NCBI RefSeq assembly: GCF_052425735.1
Contig: NC_135759.1
Coordinates: 1,116,001 to 1,180,000, forward strand
DNA: 64,000 nt
DNA from: Oculina patagonica
Lineage: Eukaryota
Direction: 5' to 3'
The translations under genes and the position numbers were made by a program. The notes below the pieces were generated by a model. The model searched no databases. It was given only the letters and a program-made list of their open reading frames with translations, and had not been told where the DNA came from. Shown piece after piece: positions 51,282 through 63,110 of the stretch. The stretch's first letter is position 1, and each line of letters begins with the position of its first letter.

Positions 51282-52043
51282 TTAACTGGGAAAGACCAGA
51301 CATTCACAGCACACTCTTATAGACTGTGTGTAAGGCAATACTTCTTCGTATCCCGTACGCGGATCACACCTTCCTGTCTTGTACAAAAACTGCTGATGCA
51401 TGACGGCATTCTGACACATGCCAATCACTCCATGCGAACACGTGGCTTGCCCGCAAGTGACTTCGTTGATGTATTTCGGAATCCTGTCGTGACCCAGGAA
51501 CGTGACTGCAGGGCATGCACTACACATGCGTATTAAACCACCGTCCGTTGTGTGACAGTTTGTGCGTGACGTCAGAGTGCCCACCCGTGTGGGAGGTTTA
51601 TAGGGGAGGTTGCGCTGAATCGCGGAGGCGTTCAGTGGTGACGCACCCACAGTTGTTACAAGACTGGGGAATTTCCTTGCCTCCTTCCAGGTAATCGCCA
51701 TGTATCGTCGATTGTAACCGCCATACGAGCTTGCTCCTAGCTTAGTGCCGAGTTTGTTGAGCTTTCTCACAAGCTGTGCTCGGCTGTAAGACTTGCACAC
51801 TTGGCGTTTTCCGCGGAGTAGTTTGAGCGGTGAAATCGTCCAGTCCGTTTGGTTGCCATCTGTTTCCCAGTCAGCCCCAGAACCAAGTTCCTCTGTGGCG
51901 GTGGGAAGACCGCTGACTGTTCTAAACTGCAGGCAGTTGATTACATGAGCTAAAGGTCCTGTTTTTTTGTTGTTGCTGTTTGCTTTATTAATTTTTTTTC
52001 TATATTTTCGCTGAATTTGTAATTTCTTGGACAGAGAGTTCAT
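51282..52043 (-). pseudogene. Gene 10: 5'-truncated type A paralog fused to upstream non-coding DNA; reading frame still open
   Basis: Homology to gene 5 starts at ~51944 (GTA ATC AAC TGC). The acceptor, ATG exon, exon 1 and TATA are absent. There is an in-frame ATG at 52043. Confidence 0.75.
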
Positions 52044-53149
52044 AGCCTTATGTCATCGTGTATGGTAACAGTAAGTGTAAACGTAATGTGTGTCACCTGT
52101 ACAGAAATTACGTCAGGTCAACACGTGGATATTTTCTCTTAATAGTTATCTATGGGAATATGCATTAAAATACAATAGAGAAAATGAAGATTTTGGCTGT
52201 ATAAATCTTTTAATACATTAATACCAATTTACCCATTTGCACCTTAATTCTCAGAAAATTATTAATATCATACGCCAAATTACACGGTCAGGATAATGAG
52301 TAGACATTGAAAGAAAGTTAGCTAATTAGCAAAACTCGTTGTCATTAGAGATAGGATAGCAACCAAATGCGACTTCGGGAGAAATAAAATTGATTTTTTT
52401 CCCAGCCTGCCCGAAAACGCGCCTTTTTAACTCCTCCCCCCCCCCCCGGAGGGTTACTCAATGTAGTGGACTTTATGGCGGGGCTTCGCCCGAAAGGCAC
52501 ATCTCTTCCAGGCTGTAGGGATATTAAACGGTAGGGATTCTACGAGTTGGAGTTTTCAAAATTGTCCTTTATATGATATCATAATGAAAATAGGGTCGGG
52601 GCGGAGGTGCTATGTTTGCTGATCTTACGATTGATTTCAAGCAAATTATCCTGTTTCTGTCTTGAACAGGGTGTTCTGTCAAGCAACATAAATATCGAGT
52701 GAAATCAAGAAGCATCTTTTCGGGTTTATCCCGTCACATGGTAAACCAGCTTTACAACAAAAACACGCAACTTCTCTTTAATAGACCAATTCCAACATCA
52801 AGCATGTACATGGTGGCGGTCATGAGCAAAACGGAAATTGTCATGACAAATCATCAAATTCTCCCAACCAATACTACAAGAAATGTATGGAAAGCAGTAA
52901 GGAGAATTTGTATGTTGACATCAGGCCACATTACACAAGCTCCACTATCACGTGTTACCATTTCATCTGTTTATTGAAATGACCTGTCTTACACGACGTG
53001 TAATCTACTGATTTATTATTCTATTTTTATTCTTCCACTTTTCTACAATCCGGTTTGTTAGGTCACATAACCTAAAATGACAGTAAGTTTGCTTTTGTTC
53101 AATTTTATGATTCTTTATTGCCTGGAAACTTTTCTTTTTCGATCAACAT

Positions 53150-54540
53150 TTAAATGGAGAAAATCATGCATTTACAGCAAACTCGTATTTCCTGGGTATA
53201 GGGCTTCAATTCCTCGTATCCCGTATGCGGATCACACTTTCCTGTCTTGTAAAGAAACCGCTGATTCAGCACAGCACTCTTGCAGCTGCCGAGCTGTCCT
53301 CCCGATGAGCACAAACTTTGTTCGTCTTGTTCACACGTGACCTCGTTGATGTATCTCGGAATCTTGTTAAAGCCCAGGAATGTCCCTGCAGGGCATTCCT
53401 TACATCCGCCGTTCGTTGTGTGACAGGCTGTGCGTGAGGTCAGTGTGCTGGGCCGGGTGGGAGCGCGAAGAGGGAGATTAGTAATGTAGGAGATTTGACG
53501 TTGAGACGCACTCTCGTTTGTAACAAGGTTGGGGAATTTACTCGCCTCCTCCCAAGTAAACGCCATGTACTGTCGACTGTAGCCTCCTCCAAGTTGGTTC
53601 AGCATTATTATTAGCTGTGCTTGCGTGTACGTCTTGCACCATAACGGCCAAACTCTCGGGATCTGGGATTTTTGGGGGAGTGGTTTAAGCGGATAAGTTG
53701 CCCAGTCTGTTTGGTTGCCATCTCTGTCTACAGAACCAAGTTCCTCTGCAGCGATGGATAGACCGCTGACTGTTGCTAACCCCAGGTAGCTGATAACAGT
53801 CGTGATCGTTAAAAAGAGCTGCAAACATATAGATTGTAATAATAATAATATACGCCTTTTAAACCGCAGACGGTAAAAATAGAAATTGAAATGAATGTGA
53901 ATATAAGGCTATTTTTTTAATGGGACGTTCAAAGTTACCAAGATAATTTGGCCCTGTTACAAGCAATTTTTTATACACTACCCATCTTTTGCAATTGGCT
54001 TAAAAAATATCAGCTCCTTAATTCCTTCTCTCCTGTTAAACAATTCTTCCGCTTTCATTCCTATTTCTTCTCTTGCAAGACTTACAATACAGTTAGAAGA
54101 GTTTCAAGTAGTCGTTTTGTTCTCTTCTCTTCTCTTAGGTCTACTTTGTTCTTTCTCCCGTAATTTCACCTGAATGACCGGCTACCGCCTTTTATCAATC
54201 TTATAAAGCTGCATCTGTGTGACATTTTCATTGCGTGCATTAATTACAGTTTTCTTATAGTTCTCGACAAGACAGTAGTACAGTTGAATTAACCGATTGA
54301 ATTAAATTAGCAGCGATAACCTGGGAATGTTTCCAGCTGAAACGGACTTCTACTTCAAAGATGGAAATTCCTTGAGGCTCAATCTAATTTACTTTCAAAC
54401 GTATCGTAACGATTTTTTTTATTTCAGCTTCGGGGATACTCACGCCACTCTTCGGAAAAAGGCTTATGATTTGTTTTTTCTCATTATTGTTCTTAATATC
54501 TTCAGAGAAGAGAAGTACTAACCAGTATTTTAGCGTCCAT
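53150..54540 (-). CDS. Cystine-knot family gene 11 (type B), intact
   Basis: Coding exon 54540-54523 (MDAKIL|GTTAGT) and acceptor at 53818; 7 aa differences from gene 9. Confidence 0.88.
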
Positions 54541-55146
54541 TTTCAGATAAGCGAAATCTTGCTGCAATTAACAAAAAATAAAACCAGGTTAGATTAATAG
54601 CGGCAACTGTTTGCTACTAAGAAACTTTGTAATTATTAATGCCACACACAGTTTGTTTCGTTAATGGAGATGTTAGAAGCTACACTCTGGGCCATCCTTT
54701 TCAAGGTCACTTTGGTATCACCGTTATGACGTCATTAAGTCAGTAAATATGGTTCTCTTAAAAAATAATGGATACATAAAAGCTTTTAGTCTTGATACAA
54801 TAGCCCTTTCTAGACTCAAGCGGCACGTGTATTTATGTTGAAATGAATTTGAAGTAAGAAAAAAGCGAATAGTCGTTAACTTTGTACAGTTTGAGACTAG
54901 ATTTAACCTTAAAGAAAAGATTTGTTCAATAGCTTTTCTTTAGTAAAAGCAAAAGGAAGGTGATTAGTCAGTATACAAGTACAAAATATCTGAGCAGTTG
55001 ACTGAGCTCGAGTTTGAGGAGCTTTCTTTCAGCCTATTAGGCATAATCCGTTTTAAAATGTCGTAAAACGTTTTGAAGCAGCTCTCGCGTTGATTTAACA
55101 AAAAATAGAGCAAAACATCTTCTTATGTTGCAAAGATTAAGTCTAA

Positions 55147-55646
55147 NNNNNNNNNNNNNNNNNNNNNNNNNNNNNNNNNNNNNNNNNNNNNNNNNNNNNN
55201 NNNNNNNNNNNNNNNNNNNNNNNNNNNNNNNNNNNNNNNNNNNNNNNNNNNNNNNNNNNNNNNNNNNNNNNNNNNNNNNNNNNNNNNNNNNNNNNNNNNN
55301 NNNNNNNNNNNNNNNNNNNNNNNNNNNNNNNNNNNNNNNNNNNNNNNNNNNNNNNNNNNNNNNNNNNNNNNNNNNNNNNNNNNNNNNNNNNNNNNNNNNN
55401 NNNNNNNNNNNNNNNNNNNNNNNNNNNNNNNNNNNNNNNNNNNNNNNNNNNNNNNNNNNNNNNNNNNNNNNNNNNNNNNNNNNNNNNNNNNNNNNNNNNN
55501 NNNNNNNNNNNNNNNNNNNNNNNNNNNNNNNNNNNNNNNNNNNNNNNNNNNNNNNNNNNNNNNNNNNNNNNNNNNNNNNNNNNNNNNNNNNNNNNNNNNN
55601 NNNNNNNNNNNNNNNNNNNNNNNNNNNNNNNNNNNNNNNNNNNNNN
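55147..55646. other. Scaffold gap (500 N)
   Basis: Run of N. Confidence 0.99.
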
Positions 55647-55678
55647 TCCATAATTTTCGAGCTTTTTTTAAAGTTCGC

Positions 55679-58600
55679 GGACACCGTACCTCACCGATTT
55701 CGCTGAAATTTGGCATGCAGTCTTGTTTTAGGGTCCTAACTACCAAATGGATATTAAAAAGTTTCAATTCTTTTTATTTTGGAAAATATCGAGAAGGCCG
55801 ATTTGAAGCGTCCGTGACGGCCCGCCAACATGGCGGATCGAAGGTGTTCTTGTTAGTTCGACACTGAACCTGCCGTCACAGTTTCTCGATCATACTTGGC
55901 ATAGTTATAAAGAACTATCTTTCTTCTTTCTATATATCAAAATAGATTTGGCAAATGTTGAGTTTGGATGATCAACGGCCAAGAAGTTCGAAGGTATGTT
56001 AACGATGTTTTGAACAGTCTCAAATTTACTACAAAATAAAAGGCTAATAACTCCACTGTTATCTCGATTTAGAACAAGCCATTTACCATGAACAAAGCTT
56101 GTTCATTGGTGAATTGATTCCATTAATAAAAAAATTGGGGAAATGTAACCGTTAAGAATAAAAAATTATGGAACCTCTAGTAAATTGGCCATTTCAGCGC
56201 CAATTCAGCGGATCAGCTCATTTAACAGCAAATAATCGGGAGAAACATGAAAGGGTTACAGTCGTTTATAATAAGCAGTTTTCAGGTATTCTTTGCTTAT
56301 CTTAAACAAATACATAATCTTTGCCAAAGATATGGCGATTTTTGAGCGTACGATCGTTTCTCCAAATTTTTATGTCGGCAACTTTATTTTATTTGTTGTC
56401 GAGATTATACGCTTTTGTTATTCAATATTCGTTTCACAAGAACTTCTGTTGCTCGCATTTCCCAACTGGCTGTTTAAGAAATTGCCCATTCCGTAACAGG
56501 GTCATTCTTACTTTTTCTTTAAAAATTACTAGGAAAGCAAGAATGTCATAGAACGGTTTTATACTAGTGAAAATACCTGTCAGACATAACTTCAACTGTT
56601 TGTGTTATCTGGCTGTTTTCACAAATATGCAAATTTAGGAATTCTTAAAGTGCCTATCTTTAACTATTTCACGCTTAAAGATTCCTCTAAATCTTTTCGC
56701 CTACCTTTTGGACAAACGAAGTTTTGTGTCTCCAGGCAGAATGCTCGTTATCAGCAATGAAAGTCGAAGAGATACAGAAGCTCGAGTAAAGTTCTAACTG
56801 CTGTGAAATGAACATCGTTTGAGCTTGACGTGTATTTATAGATTGCTCATTTAACAGCAAATAATCGGGAGAAACATGAAAGGGTTAAAGCCGTTTATAA
56901 TAAGCAGTTTTCAGGTATTCTTTGCTTATCTTAAACAAATACATGATCTTTGCCAAAGATATGGCGATTTTTGAGCGTACGATCGTTTCTCCAAATTTTT
57001 ATGTCGGCAACTTTATTTTATTTGTTGTCGAGATTATACGCTGTTGTTATTCAAGTATTCGTTTCACAAGAACTTCTGTTGTTTGCATTTCTCAAATCAC
57101 TGTTTAAGAAATTGCCCAGTCCGTAACAGGGTCATTCTTACTTTTTCTTTAAAAATTACTAGGAAAGCAAGAATGCCATAGAACGGTTTTATACTAGTGA
57201 AAATACCTGTCAGACATAACTTCAACTGTTTGTGTTATCTGGCTGTTTTCACAAATATGCAAATTTAGGAATTCTTAAAGTGCCTATCTTTAACTATTTC
57301 ACGCTTAAAGATTCCTCTAAATCTTTTCGCCTACCTTTTGGCCAAACGAAGTTTTGTGTCTCCAGGCAGAATGCTCGTTATCAGCAATGAAAGTCGAAGA
57401 GATACAGAAGCTCGAGTAAAATTCTAACTGCTGTGAAATGAACATCGTTTGAGCTTGACGTGTATTTATAGATTGCGCTCGAGCTCCGTTAATTAAGTTG
57501 ATTCATTTGGCGATCAGATAAAAATCAATGAATGATCAGAGTTATTAAAGTCCATTTCTAAGCACGAGAGACACGGAAGTTTGTTTCAGAAGCATTTATG
57601 CATAGAAATACCGGTTTATTTTTGAGCGGGAAATCTGCATTTATAATAGCTGGGAGTTTGGGGTGTTTTTCGGTGTAGTTTTTTTTTAGGGGGCTAGGGG
57701 GGGGGGGGGAGGGGGGTGTGGAAGTGGTGCCTTCGTATCCTTTTTTGTTCTTTTACACAGTGGCCTGAATTTGGAACAGTTCGGGGAATTGATTATCAAT
57801 TACTCTTCGTTATGCCATGTCACCCCTTAATGTGGGAGCGCCGTGCCTCAATTTACGATAAAAAAATTATGGCCGCCCGGTCCATTTATGTAGTTCTCCG
57901 CCAGGTCTCTCAATAGGCAGGTTACGAGCCTAGTGGCCCATCCGGCCGGAGCTCATACCGGTTTCCGCAACGTGAAGCGACAACGAGTATTTTTTACTCC
58001 ACCCGAATGGGATGCTATTCCATCGCAGGGTTACCTCCCTTCCCGAAAAGCTAAAGATTGACTGGTAATCATTTTTTAACCTGGGTAAGGAAAGGGACTC
58101 TGGGAGTTGAGAGGCTTTCCAAAGAACTTAACGCATTGTCCCCCAAAAGCTCTATCCAGGACTGTTTGGTCCAGAGTCCAGCGCAGTGACCATTGTTAGG
58201 CCATCACGCTCCCCAACCGTGTAAGAAAGTGCAAAAATCTGCTTGTATAAGCCCTGGGGTTGTACAGTTTGGTACGAAATGTGGGCTTTTAAATGTGGTA
58301 GGTCTTATATCCGTGGTTGGGGTGCGGTGGCTTAAAGCGAAATTAAAAAAAACTTCTTGTTTTCTGAAAAACGTTTTTATAAACTGATTTGAATTACATT
58401 AATGAATTAAAGGGACAGTGTCACCAAGATTTAATAAAATTTAAAACTCTCAAGACGGTAACCTGGTAGGAAAAAAGTGGCCTTAAACTTTGACAGTTGA
58501 CTTGGAAGAAATATATGGGCCTCGAATTGGGTGGGCTTATGAGAGAAAAGGATAAAAAGGGGAATTTCACAGAATCTGCTCAACAGCGTACTCTCGAACA

Positions 58601-61600
58601 GCTTTCATTTATCTGCCCACTGTCTTTTCTCTCTCCAGGTTTTAGTAAGGCCAGACCGCTATGAGTGGATTTACAATTCATATTTACACTTTTTTGAGAT
58701 TTTTAAATCCCGGTTCGAGCTTTGGGGGGATATTGCGTTGAGTTCTTCGGAAAGCCTCTGTACTATCATACCGTATCTACTCGAATAAGCGCTGCCCCCG
58801 AATAAGCGCCGCCCTCGAATAAGCGCCGCCCCCGGCGCCGCAGTCCCGATGCGGCGCTTATTCAAGGAAATCTGTTTAACTAGAAACAGAACTACAAAGC
58901 AACTCTTAAACAAACTTGGACATTTCTTTCCATGAAAAGCGACGTTCTGCAGTTCAAAGTGCTTGTTTTACCGCTCAGTTTTTCTATTGAACATTTTTCA
59001 GTACAATCTTCAGCAAGAGACGACTTTTGGCAATCAGGGGACCCTATTTTAATAAATGTAAAGGATTAGATTCTTTGTGGCGTCAAACTTTTTAATAAGC
59101 GCCGCCCTCGAATAAGCGCCGCACTGGAGGCGTAAAAAATTTAATAAGCGCTTATTCGAGTAATTACGGTAGTCCCTTTGTTCACCTAGCTAGGTCGGCG
59201 ATAAGGACATACGTGATGTAAGTCATGACGCATCACGAGAGGTGTCCTTATGGAGCTCGAGAGGTTCGACTTTAATAAAAAAAAAAGTCCGAGATAACAA
59301 AAACAGCCAAGTTCTCACCTGCTTTTTTTGTAAAAATCTGGACGAAAAACATTTGTATCTTTTAACTTGCCCTAAAAAGAATTGATTCGAAATTCATTTC
59401 AAATCAATGAGGAAAATGTGTTAGCTTCACTGTTATGTTGTTCTTGCCGCGAGTAAGCCACGCCTTCTTCGAACACGATAATTACTGATGACACAAACTT
59501 AAAGTCATGTTCATTTCAAAATCAGCTCGCATTATGCTTATTAACAGATGAGCTCTTTTGTTCAACATTCAGACCACTGTGTCAGAGATCTAAAGAGGAT
59601 TCGGAGGCACCACTTCCACCCCCTCCCCCCGCCTTCCTACAACAACACCAAAAAAAAAACCCAAACTCCCAGCTATTATAAATGCAGATTTACCGCTAGA
59701 AGCCGAGTATTTTTTAACTGCGTCAGTCAATAATAAACCGGTATTTCTATGCATAATGCTTCTGAAACAAACTTCCGTGTCTCTCGTACTTAGAAATGGA
59801 CTTTAATAACTCTGATCATTCATTGATTTTTATCTGATTGCCAAATGAATAAACTTAATTAACACATTTAAAAGCCCACATTTCGTACCAAACTGTACAA
59901 CCCCAGGGCTTATACAAGCAGATTTTTGCACTTTCTTTCACGGTTGGGGAGCGTGATGGCCTAATAATTGTCACTGCGCTGGACTCTGGACCAAACAATC
60001 CTGGATAGAGCTTTTGGGGGACAATGCGTTAAGTTCTTTGGAAAGCCTCTCAACTCCCAGAGTCCCTTTCCTTACCCAGGTTAAAAAATGATTGCCAGTC
60101 AATCTTTAGCTTTTCGGGAAGGGAGGTAACCCTGCGATGGAATAGCATCCCATCCGGGTGGAGTAAAAAATACTCGTTGTCGCTTCACGTTGCGGAAACC
60201 GGTATGAGCTCCGGCCGGATGGGCCACTAGGCTCGTAACCTGCCTATTGAGAGACCTGGCGGAGAACTACATAAATGGACCGGGCGGCCATAAATTTTTT
60301 ATCGTGAATTGAGGCACGGCGCTCCCACATTAAGGGGTGACATGGCATAACGAAGAGTAATTGATAATCCATTCCCCGAACTGTTCCAAATTCAGGCCAC
60401 TGTGTAAAAGAACAAAAGAGGATACGAAGGCACCACTTTCACCCCCCCCCCCCCCCCCGAGCACCCTCAAAAAAAAAAAACAACACCAAAAAACACCCCA
60501 AACTCCCAGCTATTATAAATGCAGATTTACCTCTCAAAAATAAATCGGTATTTCTATGCATAAATGCTTCTGAAACAAACTTCCGTGTCTCTCGTGCTTA
60601 GAAATGGACTTTAATAACTCTGATCATTCATTGATTTTTATCTGATCGCCAAATGAATCAACTTAATTAACGGAGCTCGAGCGCAATCTATAAATACACG
60701 TCAAGCTCAAACGATGTTCATTTCACAGCAGTTAGAATTTTACTCGAGCTTCTGTATCTCTTCGACTTTCATTGCTGATAACGAGCATTCTGCCTGGAGA
60801 CACAAAACTTCGTTTGGCCAAAAGGTAGGCGAAAAGATTTAGAGGAATCTTTAAGCGTGAAATAGTTAAAGATAGGCACTTTAAGAATTCCTAAATTTGC
60901 ATATTTGTGAAAACAGCCAGATAACACAAACAGTTGAAGTTATGTCTGACAGGTATTTTCACTAGTATAAAACCGTTCTATGGCATTCTTGCTTTCCTAG
61001 TAATTTTTAAAGAAAAAGTAAGAATGACCCTGTTACGGAATGGGCAATTTCTTAAACAGTGATTTGGGAAATGCGAGCAACAGAAGTTCTTGTGAAACGA
61101 ATACTTGAATAACAACAGCGTATAATCTCGACAACAAATAAAATAAAGTTGCCGACATAAAAATTTGGAGAAACGATCGTACGCTCAAAAATCGTCATAT
61201 CTTTGGCAAAGATCATGTATTTGTTTAAGATAAGCAAAGAATACCTGAAAACTGCTTATTATAAACGACTGTAACCCTTTCATGTTTCTCCCGATTATTT
61301 GCTGTTAAATGAGCAATCTATAAATACGGTCAAGCTCAAACGATGTTCATTTCACAGCAGTTAGAATTTTACTCGAGCTTCTGTATCTCTTCGACTTTCA
61401 TTGCTGATAACGAGCATTCTGCTTGGAGACACAAAACTTCGTTTGTCCTAAAGGTAGGCGAAAAGATTTAGAGGAATCTTTAAGCGTGAAATAGTTAAAG
61501 ATAGGCACTTTAAGAATTCCTAAATTTGCATATTTGTGAAAACAGCCAGATAACACAAACAGTTGAATTTTTGTCTGACAGGTATTTTTACTAGTATAAA

Positions 61601-62478
61601 ACCGTTCTATAACATTCTTGCTTTCCTAGTAATTTTTAAAGAAAAAGTAAGAATGACCCTGTTACGGAATGGGCAATTTCTTAAACAGTGATTTGGGAAA
61701 TGCGAGCAACAGAAGTTCTTGTGAAACGAATATTGAATAACAACAGCGTATAATCTCGACAACAAATAAAATAAAGTTGCCGACATAAAAATTGGAGAAA
61801 CGATCGTACGCTCAAAAATCGCCATATCTTTGGCAAAGATCATGTATTTGTTTCAGATAAGCAAAGAATACATGGAAACTGCTTATTGTAAACGACTGTA
61901 ACCCTTTCATGTTTCTCCCGATTATTTGCTGTTAAATGAGCTGATCCGCTGAAATGGCGCTGAAATGGCCAATTTACTAGAGGTTCCATAATTTTTTATT
62001 CTTAACGGTTACATTTCCCCAATTTTTTTATTAATGGAATCAATTCACCAATGAACAAGCTTTGTTCATGGTAAATGGCTACTTCTAAATCGAGATAACA
62101 GTGGAGTTATTAGCCTTTCATTTTGTAGTAAATTTGAGACTGTTCAAAACATCGTTAACATACCTTCGAACTTCTTGGCCGTTGATCATCCAAACTCAAC
62201 ATTTGCCAAATCTATTTTGATATATAGAAAGAAGAAAGATAGTTCTTTATAACTATGCCAAGTATGATCGAGAAACTGTGACGGCAGGTTCAGTGTCGAA
62301 CTAACAAGAACACCTTCGATCCGCCATGTTGGCGAGCCGTCACGGACGCTTCAAATCGGCCTTCTCGAAATTTTCCAAAATAAAAAGAATTGAAACTTTT
62401 TAATATCCATTTGGTAGTTAGGACCCTAAAACAAGACTGCATGCCAAATTTCAGCGAAATCGGTGAGGTACGGTGTCC
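55679..62478. repeat. Large inverted repeat: arms ~55679-58297 and ~59863-62478, each containing a ~630-bp tandem duplication and a SINE
   Basis: ggacaccgtacctcaccgatttcg.. / ..cgaaatcggtgaggtacggtgtcc; the arms are colinear reverse complements with only scattered differences. Confidence 0.9.
58771..59169. mobile_element. pogo/Tigger-type MITE
   Basis: TIR ccgta..tactcgaataagcgc, TA flanks, internal aataagcgccgc repeats. Confidence 0.82.
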
Positions 62479-63110
62479 GACCAAAGTTCGAATCTTATAG
62501 ACTATGACAATTAAGACTTAACCTTTGCAACATAAGAATATGTTTTGCTCTATTTTTTGTTAAATCAACGCGAGAGCTGCTTGAAAACGTTTGCTATCGA
62601 CGTTTTAAAACGAATTGTGCCTAATAGGCTGAAAGAAAGTTACTCAAACTCGAGTTCAGTCAACTGCTCAGATTTTTTGTACTTGTATACTGACGAATCA
62701 CCTTCCTTTTGCTTTTACTAAAGAAAAGCTATTGAACAAATCTTTTCTTTAAGGTTAAATCTAGTCACAAACTGTACAAAGTTAACGGCTATTCGGTTTT
62801 TTTTTACTTCAAATTCATTTCAACATAAATACACGTGCCGCTTGAGTCTAGAAAGGGCTATTGTATCAAGACTAAAAGCTTTTATGTATCCATTATTTTT
62901 TAAGAGAACCATATTCACTGACTTAATGACGTCATAACGGTGATACCAAAGTGACCTTGAAAAGGATGGCCCAGAGTGTAGCTTCTAACATCTCCATTAA
63001 CGAAACAAACTGCGTGTGGCATTAATAGCATTAATAGCAAACAGTTGCCGATATTAATCTAACCTGGTTTTATTTTTTGTTAATTGCAGCAAGATTTCGC
63101 TTATCTGAAA

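Larger units (their letters stand above)
44746..55146. repeat. Segmental duplication: 44746-47920 matches 51941-55146 (direct); 47926-51944 matches 24530-26852 (inverted as assembled, plus insertions)
   Basis: Colinear near-identity across introns, exons and intergenic DNA. Confidence 0.85.

Noticed and set aside
1073-53824. Specific gene symbols (NOG, trk, Ptth, IL17) for the cluster genes
   Set aside because: Only motif-level similarity is visible; orthology needs a phylogeny.
55037-55767. ORFs of about 200 aa across the N-run
   Set aside because: Artefacts of translating the gap.
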